A stretch of 64,000 nucleotides of DNA from Sedimentisphaerales bacterium (lineage in GTDB: Bacteria; Planctomycetota; Phycisphaerae; Sedimentisphaerales; Anaerobacaceae). The position numbers and the translations under genes are program-made. Every line of letters begins with the position of its first letter. Positions within the stretch are counted from its first letter, which is position 1. The notes under the pieces were generated by a model that saw only the letters and a list, made by a program, of their open reading frames with translations, searched no databases and was not told where the DNA came from. Below, in pieces: positions 9,437 through 19,823 of this stretch. Location: positions 1,536,001 through 1,600,000 of the forward strand of contig OY970194.1 of the NCBI GenBank assembly GCA_963708075.1, read 5' to 3'.

Positions 9437-11515
9437 ATGGGCGTATACAGGCTGAACAATCAGTACAAGCCGGCAGGCGACCAGCCGCAAGCTATCGAGC
9501 GGCTTGTTGATGGTCTGCGCGAGGGCAAGAGATTTCAGACGCTGATGGGCGTGACCGGCAGCGGCAAGACCTTCACAATGGCCAACGTGATCGCGCAGTT
9601 CGACAAGCCGGTCCTGCTGATTTCGCACAACAAGACCCTGGCCGCCCAGCTCTATGAGGAGTTCAAGGAGCTCTTCCCGGAAAACGCGGTCGAGTACTTC
9701 GTCAGCTACTACGATTATTACCAGCCCGAGGCCTACATCCCGCAGCGCGACATCTATATCGAGAAGGATGCCTCCCGCAACTCGGACCTGGATCGGCTGC
9801 GGCTCTCGGCGACGACGAGCCTGTCCACACGCCGGGATTGCGTCGTCGTCGCGTCCGTCTCGTGTATCTTCGGGCTCGGCTCCCCCGAGGACTATAAGGC
9901 GAGCGTCGTCGCGGTACGCACGGGCGAGGCCTACGATCGCAATACCATGCTCGGACGCCTGGCCGACATCCAGTACACCCGTAACGACATCGATTTTCAG
10001 CGAGGCACCTTCCGCGTCCGGGGGGACGTGGTCGAGCTGCACCCGTCGTATGAGTCCTACGCCATCCGAATCGAGTTCTTTGGCGATCAGGTCGAGCAGA
10101 TCAACTACATCAATCCCGTATCCAACGAGATCCTCGCCGTCGAGCACCAGGTGTTCATCTACCCGGCCCAGCACTATGTCATGCCGGCCGAGAGGATCGG
10201 CTCGGCGGTCGAGGGCATCAAGGCCGAACTCGAAGGGCGGCTCCAGCAACTCCGCAGCGAGGGCAAGCTGCTCGAAGCCCAGCGGCTGCAGGCACGGACC
10301 ATGTACGACCTCGAAATGATCCAGGAGGTCGGCTACTGCAGCGGGATCGAGAACTACTCCCGGCACCTGGCGGGCCTGCCGGCGGGATCGAGACCTTATA
10401 CGCTCATCGATTACTTCCCGAAGGATTTCATCCTGCTGATCGATGAATCACACGTGACGCTGCCGCAGTTGCGGGCGATGTGGGCCGGAGACAGGAGCCG
10501 CAAGGAGGTCCTCGTGGAGCACGGATTCCGCCTGCCCAGCGCGCTCGACAACCGCCCCTTGCGATTCGAGGAATTCTGCGAGAGTTGGAACCAGGTAGTC
10601 TTCATCTCCGCGACCCCCGGGCCGTATGAGATGGCCAAGTGCGGCAACGAGGTCGTGGAGCAGGTCATCCGCCCCACCGGCCTGCTCGATCCCGAAATCT
10701 CCATCTTCCCGGCGGAGAACCAGGTTCAGCACCTGCTGGGCGAGATCGAAAAACGGGTCGAAGCGAACGAACGCACGCTTGTGACGACCCTGACCAAGCG
10801 GATGGCCGAGCATTTGGCGGACTATGTTGCCAAGCGGGGTATCCGCTGCCGGTACCTGCACAGCGAGATCGATACGCTCGAACGCATTGAGATCCTCCGC
10901 GACCTGCGCCAGGGCAATTTCGACGTGCTGGTCGGCGTGAACCTGCTGCGCGAGGGGCTCGACCTGCCCGAAGTCTCCTGCGTCGCCATCCTTGACGCCG
11001 ATAAGGAGGGCTTCCTGCGCAGCCAGACCTCCCTGATCCAGACGATCGGCCGAACCGCCCGAAACGTCAACGCCATGGTCTTGCTGTACGCCGACAGGGT
11101 GACAGATTCCATGCAGAAAGCCATTGACGAAACGAACCGGCGGCGTAAAATTCAACAGGCGTACAATGAGCAGCACAACATCACGCCGGAGACGATACGG
11201 AAAGAAATCCGCAAGAGCCTCACTGAGCAGATCAGAGCGCAGCGTGTGGCCCGCGAGGCGGTTCGCCTCGGCGACTCCGAGTACGACAAGGTGGAGATGG
11301 CCTCGCAGATCGAACGGGAGATGTTCGAGGCCGCCGAAGCCCTGGATTTCGAGCGGGCTGCCTCCTTGCGCGACCAGTTGCGCGAGCTGAAAGAGCTGCC
11401 TGAATTGATCGTCAGCAGCCGGACGAAGAGAGATGTCGCCAGAAAAACCCGGCGCGGCGCGGGGCCAACTCCTGACCGCCGCCGGCGCGAATACACGTTT
11501 TTGGGAACCGTTTGA
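9437..11515 (+). CDS. uvrB: Excinuclease ABC subunit B
   Basis: [43 protein letters not shown] and C-terminal UVR motifs. Confidence 0.99.
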   Translation: MGVYRLNNQYKPAGDQPQAIERLVDGLREGKRFQTLMGVTGSGKTFTMANVIAQFDKPVLLISHNKTLAAQLYEEFKELFPENAVEYFVSYYDYYQPEAYIPQRDIYIEKDASRNSDLDRLRLSATTSLSTRRDCVVVASVSCIFGLGSPEDYKASVVAVRTGEAYDRNTMLGRLADIQYTRNDIDFQRGTFRVRGDVVELHPSYESYAIRIEFFGDQVEQINYINPVSNEILAVEHQVFIYPAQHYVMPAERIGSAVEGIKAELEGRLQQLRSEGKLLEAQRLQARTMYDLEMIQEVGYCSGIENYSRHLAGLPAGSRPYTLIDYFPKDFILLIDESHVTLPQLRAMWAGDRSRKEVLVEHGFRLPSALDNRPLRFEEFCESWNQVVFISATPGPYEMAKCGNEVVEQVIRPTGLLDPEISIFPAENQVQHLLGEIEKRVEANERTLVTTLTKRMAEHLADYVAKRGIRCRYLHSEIDTLERIEILRDLRQGNFDVLVGVNLLREGLDLPEVSCVAILDADKEGFLRSQTSLIQTIGRTARNVNAMVLLYADRVTDSMQKAIDETNRRRKIQQAYNEQHNITPETIRKEIRKSLTEQIRAQRVAREAVRLGDSEYDKVEMASQIEREMFEAAEALDFERAASLRDQLRELKELPELIVSSRTKRDVARKTRRGAGPTPDRRRREYTFLGTV

Positions 11516-12388
11516 ATGAAGAAGCTGGATATCAAGCAAGTAAGGTCGCTGATCCAGATGGCCATGGAGGAAGATCTTGGCCGCGGCGACGTTACAACGG
11601 ACCTGTTGTTCCAGGATGGTGCACGGGCCAAGGCGATGGTCGTGACACGCGAGGAAATCGTCGTGGCAGGATTGCCCGTCGTGGAGGAAATCCTGCGGCA
11701 GTACGACGAGCGGCTGAAGATGACGGCCTACTACCGGGACGGCCAGTCGGCCCACGTGGGCGGCAAATTGGCAACTATCGAGGGGCCTCTGCGGTCCATG
11801 CTCAGCGTCGAGCGTGTGATGCTGAACTTTCTGCAACGGCTCAGCGGCATCGCGACAACCACGAGCCGATACGTTCGGGCGATCAAGGGGACGAAGGCCA
11901 GGATCTACGATACGCGGAAGACGCTGCCGGGCTGGCGGCAGCTCGAGAAGTACGCCGTGCGCTGTGGCGGCGGATACAACCATCGACTCGGCCTCTACGA
12001 CGGTGTGCTGATCAAGGACAACCATCTGGCCGGATTGGGCAAGGACTTCCCCGGGAGACTGCGAGAGGTCGTCAAGGAGGCCCGGAAGCTCAAGGGAGTC
12101 AAGTTCGTTGCGGTCGAAGTGGACCACGTGGACGACCAGTTGAACCACGTTCTGAAGATTCCCGGCATCGACATCGTTCTGCTGGACAATATGGGCCAGT
12201 GGCAGCTCAAGCACGCCGTGGAGATGCGAGACAAGATGTGCGGCAAGCATGCCAAGCCCTTGTTGGAAGCCTCCGGCAATATCACGCTGAACAATGTCTC
12301 GGAGATTGCCCAGTGCGGCGTGGACCGGATCGCCGTCGGCGCCATCACGCATTCCGCCGCCGCCGTGGACATAGGGCTCGACAGATAA
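11516..12388 (+). CDS. nadC: Nicotinate-nucleotide pyrophosphorylase (carboxylating)
   Basis: DTRKTLPG, HRLGLYDGVLIKDNH, LLDN and EASGNI motifs. Confidence 0.98.
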   Translation: MKKLDIKQVRSLIQMAMEEDLGRGDVTTDLLFQDGARAKAMVVTREEIVVAGLPVVEEILRQYDERLKMTAYYRDGQSAHVGGKLATIEGPLRSMLSVERVMLNFLQRLSGIATTTSRYVRAIKGTKARIYDTRKTLPGWRQLEKYAVRCGGGYNHRLGLYDGVLIKDNHLAGLGKDFPGRLREVVKEARKLKGVKFVAVEVDHVDDQLNHVLKIPGIDIVLLDNMGQWQLKHAVEMRDKMCGKHAKPLLEASGNITLNNVSEIAQCGVDRIAVGAITHSAAAVDIGLDR

Positions 12389-12402
12389 CACAACCGGAGG
12401 AA

Positions 12403-12560
12403 AAGCACGAAGCACGAATTCCGAAATTCGAAACGAGCACGAATGCCCAAATGACCCAAATTCAAAACCCACCTCCCGGCGCCGCGTCTGGAGCATTGGG
12501 AATTCAGTCATTTGGGTTTGTTTCGGATTTCGATATTCGGATTTCGAATTTCGAATTCGA
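12403..12560. repeat. Inverted heptamer-repeat element (long imperfect hairpin)
   Basis: Left arm of (GCACGAA/TCCGAAA)n and right arm of (ATTTCGR)n around a short spacer. Confidence 0.75.
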
Positions 12561-12569
12561 GATGCATAC

Positions 12570-13382
12570 ATGCCAGCAGATGACCGGCTCGATCCGGATC
12601 TGATACAAGCCAATCTCAGGACCAGGCTCGTCGGGAGAAAGGTGCTCGTCTATGATTCCACGGCGAGTACGAACGACGTCGCCACCGAGTACGCGAAGAA
12701 TCTGGACCATGCCGGCCTTGTCGTCTTCGCGGAGGAGCAGACCGCCGGACGCGGACGCAGCGGGGCCAAATGGCACAGCGCCAGCGGCCAGAGCCTGCTG
12801 TTTTCCGTTCTCCTGATCGACTGCGGCGTCGGCAGCGAACTGCTCTCGCTCACTTGTGCCGTGGCGGTGGCCGAGGCCATCGGGCAGGTGGGGGCTTATC
12901 GTGCAGGAATCAAATGGCCCAATGACATCGTCCTCGCCGGCAGAAAGCTCGCCGGGATCCTCGTGGAAGCCAGAGCGGAAAATCAAAAATCAAACATCAA
13001 AAATCAAACTTGCACGGTCCACGTCATCGGCATCGGCATCAACTGCCATCAGACGCTGGAGGATTTCCCGCCCGAACTGCGCGAGACCGCCACGAGCCTT
13101 GACCTGGCCGCCGGCGCCCGATGCGACCGCGTGACCGTCGCCCGGCGGGTCCTCACCTCGCTGGACCACTGGCTCAGAGTCGCCGGCCGAAACGGAAAGC
13201 AGGCCACACAAACCTGGAGCCGCCTGAGCACGCAGCTCGGCCAGCGAGTCATCCTGTCCTGCAACCGCAAGCGCTTCACCGGCAACTGCATCGGCGTAGA
13301 CCCGGAAAAAGGCCTGATCCTGCAGCTCGACCGCGGCGGCATCCGAATGTTCGACGCCGCCCACACCCACATCGTCAAATGA
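12570..13382 (+). CDS. birA: Biotin-protein ligase (no N-terminal HTH)
   Basis: STND, QTAGRGR, IKWPNDI, KLAGILVE and GIGIN motifs. Confidence 0.96.
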   Translation: MPADDRLDPDLIQANLRTRLVGRKVLVYDSTASTNDVATEYAKNLDHAGLVVFAEEQTAGRGRSGAKWHSASGQSLLFSVLLIDCGVGSELLSLTCAVAVAEAIGQVGAYRAGIKWPNDIVLAGRKLAGILVEARAENQKSNIKNQTCTVHVIGIGINCHQTLEDFPPELRETATSLDLAAGARCDRVTVARRVLTSLDHWLRVAGRNGKQATQTWSRLSTQLGQRVILSCNRKRFTGNCIGVDPEKGLILQLDRGGIRMFDAAHTHIVK

Positions 13383-13414
13383 CCACCACGTGGCGGGCCG
13401 GCAAGAAATAGTCC

Positions 13415-14504
13415 TCATTTTCCGGTAATATCAGGTCGCTTCAACAGAGCGTCCTCGTATGCCCGATTGAAGACATCGGAAGAACTCGGGCGAGCGGTGG
13501 CAGCACTCGTTGCCAGAAGGTGGCACAACACACACCTGTACAGGGCCGGTACCTGAAACCACAAGTTCCCCCAGTCCTTCCTGTGCACGAACTCATAGCG
13601 TTCCTTTGGAAGCGGATTGCCATGTGCATACTTGTTGCGGCTGTAGTAGAGTCGGGCATACACCTGCACAGGGAGGCTCACCTTCTTCCTGGTCTTCTGA
13701 GGCTTCTTCTCTCGTCCAATGTTCGCACACGTCTTGCGCCGAAGGCGATGACGCTGCCATAGGACCGCTGTAATCAATGAACTCACATGACTGTAGTGCA
13801 CGTCCCCTATCCCAGGATAGGCCAATGCCTCGAAGGCCGAGAACCCACAGAGAGAGAGCGACCCCAAAATCCACCTGCGCCTGCAGATTGACTATGGGCG
13901 CACGTAAAGCATAATATGCCAACTCAATCGAGCGGAATATGCGATTCCTGAACTGAACGTCGGCCCTTCGCCGATACTTGACCTCAAGAAGATTCAGCAG
14001 CCATACCATGAGCCATTCATCAGAGACCATGCGGACATGCTGCGGATGAATGACTGACGGGGTCGTAGACCCCGCAAATCCATCCACCTCCATCCATCCA
14101 GACACCTCAAACGGGGTTCGCCCAATCAAGTCCGTTCCGTCCGAAGAGACACTAACCGGACAAAAGTCAAACAGGTCCGTGCAATAGACACCCATTGGGG
14201 TGTTCATCATGTACTGCTCTGTGCGCGAATACAGGACAGATGACACCGCGATCGCGTTTCTGAAGGAGCACAGACGACGGGCATCCACCTTCGGCAGCGA
14301 CGCATCACGGATGACAATGGATGGCTGGACATGTGTCCCATCCGGTGCTCGGAATGCCGCCAAGTACTTGCCCATAACAGGATTCCCAGCTTGAAGCTGC
14401 CGGTAGCGTTCATCCTCGCTCCCTATCAAGGCAAGATCATCGATAGCAACAAAGCCTTTGATGTCCACGGAAGGAATTGTCATTACGTACTTGAACGTCG
14501 CCAT
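13415..14504 (-). CDS. HEPN (R-x4-H) domain protein, frameshift at ~13842
   Basis: Joined product has WVSAFEAL and LYYSRNKYAHG; visibly lower GC than flanking genes. Confidence 0.65.
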
Positions 14505-14762
14505 TTATTCCTCAAGTCGCTCGGTACGTGGAATTCCAGAATTCCCGTTACGCCTCGCCTATTTCAGCACACATAGTCTGTAGTTCCTCCCTATTGTAGG
14601 TGAAAGCCGCCGGGGAAGACAAGAGGAAGTTCGTGGAGCACCGCCGGATTGCCGCATCGAGACTATTGTGCCAAAGAAACCCAATTTGCAGGAGCAGGCG
14701 TCACACCGTGTGGGTATACTGACACGTCACAGATACAGGAACCAATGGGAAAGGGGTTCATT

Positions 14763-16460
14763 ATGAGCAGATCGGTATGGAGTCTCCTGACCAGCGTTGT
14801 TTGTCTGCCACTTGTGTTTGCAGCAGGCGCAGGGGCGAATGCCGCGCAGACAGGCGTCATAGGCAGTCCGGACTATCTCAAAGCGAGCGCCGAGGATGTG
14901 CAGGCGTGGCGGGAGTTGAAGTTTGGGCTGTTTGTGCATTGGGGGCCGGTGAGCCTTAAGGGGACGGAGATCGGGTGGTCGCGCGGGGGCGAGAGACGCG
15001 GGACCGGTGGCAAGGGCGAGATTCCTGTCGAGGTGTATGACAATCTGTATAAGCAGTTCAACCCGGTGCAGTTCAACGCGGACGAGTGGATGCAGATCGC
15101 CAAGGACGCGGGGATGCGGTATTTCGTGTTCACGTCGAAGCACCATGACGGCTTCTCCATGTTCGACAGTAAGCTGACGGACTACAAGGTCACGAACTCG
15201 CCGTTCAAGCGGGACGTGGTCAAGGAGCTGGCTGACGCGTGTCACAAGGCGGGCCTGCGGCTGGGTTACTACTACTCGCCCGTGGATTGGCACCACCCGG
15301 ACTATCGCACCGTGAACCACCAGCGATACATCGAGTACCTGCACGGCCAGCTTCGCGAGATCTGCAGCAATTACGGCAGGATCGACATCGTCTGGTTCGA
15401 CGGCCTCGGCGGCAGCGCGAAGGATTGGGACTCGGAGAACCTCTTTCGCGTGATCCGGCAGTTGCAGCCGCACGTCATTATCAATGACCGTGCCGGGCTG
15501 CCGGCGGACCACGACACGCCGGAGCAGACGATCGGCGGCTTCCAGCGAGAGCGGCCGTGGGAGACCTGCATGACGATCTGCCAACAGTGGGCCTGGAAGC
15601 CCAACGATCGGATGAAGTCACTCAAGGAGTGCATCCAGACGCTCGTGCGAGTCGTCGGCGGTGACGGCAATCTCCTGTTCAACGTCGGCCCGATGCCCGA
15701 CGGGCGCATCGAGCCCAGGCAGGTGGAGCGGCTCCACGAGATGGGCCAATGGCTTGGCAAGTACGGCCAGAGCATCTACGGCACCCGCGGCGGGCCATTC
15801 AAGACCACCGCCGGGCTTGCCAGCACGTACAGGGACAACGTGATCTATGTGCACATCCTGGAATGGCCGAGTGACACGATCACCCTGCCGGCCCTGCCGA
15901 AGCGCGTGGCCGATGCCTCGCTCCTGACGGGTGGAACCGTGAGCGTGCAGCAGACGGACAAGGGAATCGAGATTCAAGTGCCCGCAGGCAGCCGCCAGGA
16001 GATCGACACGATTGTCGCGCTGAAGCTGGACGGGCCCGCCGGCGACATTCCGCCGGTTGCGATGTCGTCCGGATCCCTCGCCTCCGGCAAGAAGGCCACG
16101 GCGTCCAACGTGTTCCAAAACAGCCCCGCGCATGGGCCGGAGAAAGCCTTTGACGACGATCCGGGTACTCGATGGGCCACGGATTCCGGCGTCAAGCAGG
16201 CCTGGCTCGAAGTGGATCTGGGCAGGCCCGTGACCTTCAGCCGGGTGTCGATCAGCGAGGAGTACGGTCGCGTCCGCCGGTTCGAGCTCCAGTACAAGGA
16301 CGGCGAAGCCTGGAAGACATTCCAGCAAGGCACGCGCATCGGCGACAACTACTCGCAGAGCTTCGAGCCCGTGACCGCCCAGCACGTCCGCCTGAACATC
16401 CTCGAGGCCACCGACGGCCCAACGATCCGGGAATTTCACCTGCCGCCGCCAAAGCCATAG
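14763..16460 (+). CDS. Alpha-L-fucosidase (GH29) with C-terminal F5/8 type C (discoidin) domain
   Basis: Signal peptide; KFGLFVHWG, KHHDGF, WFDG, PWETC and NVGP motifs; AFDDDPGTRW. Confidence 0.93.
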   Translation: MSRSVWSLLTSVVCLPLVFAAGAGANAAQTGVIGSPDYLKASAEDVQAWRELKFGLFVHWGPVSLKGTEIGWSRGGERRGTGGKGEIPVEVYDNLYKQFNPVQFNADEWMQIAKDAGMRYFVFTSKHHDGFSMFDSKLTDYKVTNSPFKRDVVKELADACHKAGLRLGYYYSPVDWHHPDYRTVNHQRYIEYLHGQLREICSNYGRIDIVWFDGLGGSAKDWDSENLFRVIRQLQPHVIINDRAGLPADHDTPEQTIGGFQRERPWETCMTICQQWAWKPNDRMKSLKECIQTLVRVVGGDGNLLFNVGPMPDGRIEPRQVERLHEMGQWLGKYGQSIYGTRGGPFKTTAGLASTYRDNVIYVHILEWPSDTITLPALPKRVADASLLTGGTVSVQQTDKGIEIQVPAGSRQEIDTIVALKLDGPAGDIPPVAMSSGSLASGKKATASNVFQNSPAHGPEKAFDDDPGTRWATDSGVKQAWLEVDLGRPVTFSRVSISEEYGRVRRFELQYKDGEAWKTFQQGTRIGDNYSQSFEPVTAQHVRLNILEATDGPTIREFHLPPPKP

Positions 16461-16613
16461 ACTGAGCACCCGGGACCCTTCAATATGCTTGCGCAGGCAC
16501 GTTGGCGACCCACAGGTTCACAGTTGCCGTTCGGGCGGCGGCGGATATACTGACGGGCCGTGAATGAGTGTCGGACCGCAAATCGTGTGGGCGAACTGGA
16601 CGAGGTTGGAGAT

Positions 16614-17993
16614 ATGGCAGAGAGATTCGATGTCGTCGTGATCGGGGCTGGGCCGGGTGGATTCAGAGCGGCAAGACGCTGCGCACAGCGAGGGGCTTCC
16701 ACGGCGGTTGTGGAGAAGGAGTTCGTCGGCGGGACGTGTCTCAATTGGGGTTGCATCCCGTCCAAGACGTTACTCGCTTCCGCGCATCTGCTGCTGCGCG
16801 CCCGGCACGCGGCGGACATGGGCATCGACATCCCCTCCGCCACACCGAACTGGGCCAAGATCCAGCAGCGGCGTGAGGCCATCATCATGGGTATCCGCAA
16901 GGGCATGTCCGGCACGATGAAGGCAAACAAAATGACGCACATCGAAGGACGGGCCACGGTCACGGCGCCCGGCCGAATCAGGGTCCAATCGAACGGCCAA
17001 ACCCGTGAGCTGGAGGCGGGCAAAATCATCCTCGCCACGGGGTCCGAGTCCATCGAGCTGCGGAGCATGCCCTTTGACGGTCAGACGATCATCAGCAGCA
17101 AGGAAGCCCTGTCCCTGCCGCAGATTCCGAAATCCATGCTTATCGTCGGCGGCGGCGTGATCGGCTGCGAGATGGCCTGTGCGTACGCCGCGTTCGGCAC
17201 GAAGGTCACGATCGTCGAGGCCTTGGAGAGGTTGCTGCCGATGGAGGATTCCTGGATCAGCCGAATCCTCGAACGGGAGTTCAAGAGCCTCGGCATCGAC
17301 GCCGTTACGGGCCGTAAGGTCATGTCAGTCGATAAGAGCATGTCCCCCACGAAGGTCAACCTGGATAATGGCCAGGTCATCCAAGCAGAGAAGGTCCTGG
17401 TCGCCGTCGGCCGGCGAGCCACGGTCGATAAGGAGACCATCGAGGCCCTGAAATTGGAGATGAACGGACCCCTGATCAAGGTCAACAAGAAGCTGGAGAC
17501 CAATGTGCCCGGCGTGTACGCGCTGGGGGATGCCGTCGGCACGACGTATCTCGCGCACGGGGCGACCGCCGAGGCGGAAGTCGCCGCCGCCAACGCCACG
17601 GGTAACAACGAGGAAATGCAGGACTATTCGCTGATCCCCCGCGTCGTCTTCACATTCCCCGAGGTGGCGTCGGTCGGCAAGACGGAGGAGAAATGCCAGG
17701 CGGCGGGCATGGACATCGCCATCGGCAAGGGCTTCTATCGCGCCAATGGCCGGCCCATCGCGGAGAACGAAACGAACGGCCAATTCCACGCCGTCCGTGA
17801 CAAGAGCATCAACGAGCTCGTCGGCATCAGCATGGTCGGCCATATGGCGACCGAATTCGCCGCCTTTGCCCGGACCTTGCTTGGCACCGTCGAGCCCATC
17901 CGTAAAATTACGTTCCCGCACCCGACGACCTCCGAAACCATCGAAGACGCCGTCCACGAAGCCTTAGGCGAGCTGCTCCTGGAAGAGTGCTGA
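16614..17993 (+). CDS. lpdA: Dihydrolipoyl dehydrogenase
   Basis: GAGPGG, GGTCLNWGCIPSK, GGGVIGCE and HPTTSE motifs; upstream of lipB and lipA. Confidence 0.92.
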   Translation: MAERFDVVVIGAGPGGFRAARRCAQRGASTAVVEKEFVGGTCLNWGCIPSKTLLASAHLLLRARHAADMGIDIPSATPNWAKIQQRREAIIMGIRKGMSGTMKANKMTHIEGRATVTAPGRIRVQSNGQTRELEAGKIILATGSESIELRSMPFDGQTIISSKEALSLPQIPKSMLIVGGGVIGCEMACAYAAFGTKVTIVEALERLLPMEDSWISRILEREFKSLGIDAVTGRKVMSVDKSMSPTKVNLDNGQVIQAEKVLVAVGRRATVDKETIEALKLEMNGPLIKVNKKLETNVPGVYALGDAVGTTYLAHGATAEAEVAAANATGNNEEMQDYSLIPRVVFTFPEVASVGKTEEKCQAAGMDIAIGKGFYRANGRPIAENETNGQFHAVRDKSINELVGISMVGHMATEFAAFARTLLGTVEPIRKITFPHPTTSETIEDAVHEALGELLLEEC

Positions 17994-18014
17994 AGCTGTG
18001 GTATAATCGGCGGC

Positions 18015-18744
18015 ATGGATCAGACGGTGGACCAACGAGAAGCATGTGCTCTGCGGATTGTCGACTGCGGGCTGGCGGAGTATCGGCGGGTGCTGGAGCT
18101 GCAGGGGCAGTTGCAGGAACAGCGGCGCACCGGGCAGATTGGGGATACCGCGCTGATCGTGGAGCATCCGGCGGTGATTACCCTCGGGGCCCGGAAGACG
18201 GCGAATCGACTTCTGGTGAACGCTGAGGAGTTGGCCCGGCAGGGAATCGATGTTGTGGAGATTCGTCGCGGGGGCGGGGCTACGGCTCACAATCCTGGGC
18301 AGTTGGTGTTCTACCCGATTGTGCATCTGCAGGAGTTGCGGCTGGGGGTCAATGAGTATGTGCGGATGCTGGAGGCCATCGGGATGGAGTTGCTGGCCGG
18401 GCTGGGAGTGGAGAGCGCCAGACGCAAGGGATTCCCAGGCCTTTGGGTCGGGCAGCGGAAGATCGCATCCATTGGCGTGCGGGTCTCACGGTCTGTGACT
18501 TGCCACGGCATGGCCATCAACATTCGGAACGATCTGAGCATTTTCAACTTCGTGGTTCCATGCGGGCTGGACGGTGTCGTGATGACTTCCGCCCGGAAAG
18601 AGAACCGGCAAGGTGTATGACATGAGGCAGGTGAAGGAGCAGTTGACCGGCCTGCTGCATCGATACGTAGGCCGTGCGTCCTCGCACGACCCATCAGAAG
18701 CGGCGAACGGGGACGCTCGCCCTACGGGGACAAAGGAGTCATGA
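18015..18744 (+). CDS. lipB: Octanoyltransferase (frameshift at ~18603)
   Basis: EHPAVITLG, RGGGATAHNPGQLVFYP, KIASIG and PCG motifs; the repaired frame ends in ATGA overlapping the lipA start. Confidence 0.95.
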
Positions 18745-19602
18745 GTCCACAGAAACGAAAACTCCCGCCGTGGCTGAAGCGGCCTTGGCCGGCCGGGCAC
18801 AGCTTTCAGCATACCAGCGAAACGCTGCAGTCGCTGCACCTGGAGACGATCTGCACAAATGCGAACTGCCCGAATCGCGGCGAGTGCTGGGGCCGGGGGA
18901 CGGCGACTGTTCTGATCCTGGGCAACGTCTGCACGCGGAATTGCGGATTCTGCTCCGTGGCGACGGGCAGGCCCGAGCCGCCGGACCCGACGGAGCCGGC
19001 CCGATTAGCCCGGATGGCCGGGCAGATGAACATCAAGTACCTGGTCATTACCAGCGTCAGCCGTGACGATCTGCCGGATGGAGGGGCCGGCCATTTCCGC
19101 GACTGTATCAACGAAGTGAGGCGGCAGTGCCCGTCCATGCGATTCGAGATCCTCACGCCGGATTTCAGGAACTGCCAGGAACAGGCGCTGGATATCCTCA
19201 AGGACGCCCTGCCCTTCGTCTTCGCCCACAACGTCGAGACGGTCCCCTCGCTCTATCCAGTCGCCCGCGCAGGGGGCAACTACAGTCTCTCTCTTCGTCT
19301 GCTCCGACTGGCAAAGGGCCTTGACGGGACTCAGACGAAATCCTCGATCATGCTCGGTCTGGGCGAGAACCGACGAGCAGGTGGAGGGGGTCCTGCGCGA
19401 CCTGCGCAATGCGGGCTGCGACCGCATCACGATCGGCCAGTACCTCAAGCCTGCCAGAGATTCACTCGATGTGGTCGAGTATATCCCACCGGAGAAATTC
19501 GCTTGGTGGAAGAGCCGGGCCATGGAGATCGGCTTCGCCTGGGTCCTGTCTGCGCCATTCGCACGCAGCTCGTATTTTGCGGAGCAGGAAAACGCCCGAT
19601 AA
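18741..19602 (+). CDS. lipA: Lipoyl synthase (frameshift at ~19368)
   Basis: C-x4-C-x5-C and C-x3-C-x2-C clusters, HNVETV, TIGQYL and RSSY motifs. Confidence 0.96.
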
Positions 19603-19823
19603 CGATTCTGCAGAGCGAGCACCCACCGCAATCCTCAACCCCTTGAGAGTCTTCACAGGCACATCGCAGTCCCTTGGACCGTATTGCCGAGGCTATTATC
19701 CATGATTTTCTCTGTCCCATAGCTTGTGCCATTTGGAGGCTGGCGGACTTTTCGTATGCTTTACTTGGACTATCGAAGTTCATGGGCTGTCATCAGTAAC
19801 TCCACTGTTCCGCAGGGGGGAAA

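Noticed and set aside
13850..13859. (AG)5 tract as a phase-variation switch for the HEPN gene
   Set aside because: The frame break maps better to the adjacent GAGAACC, which restores WVSAFE.
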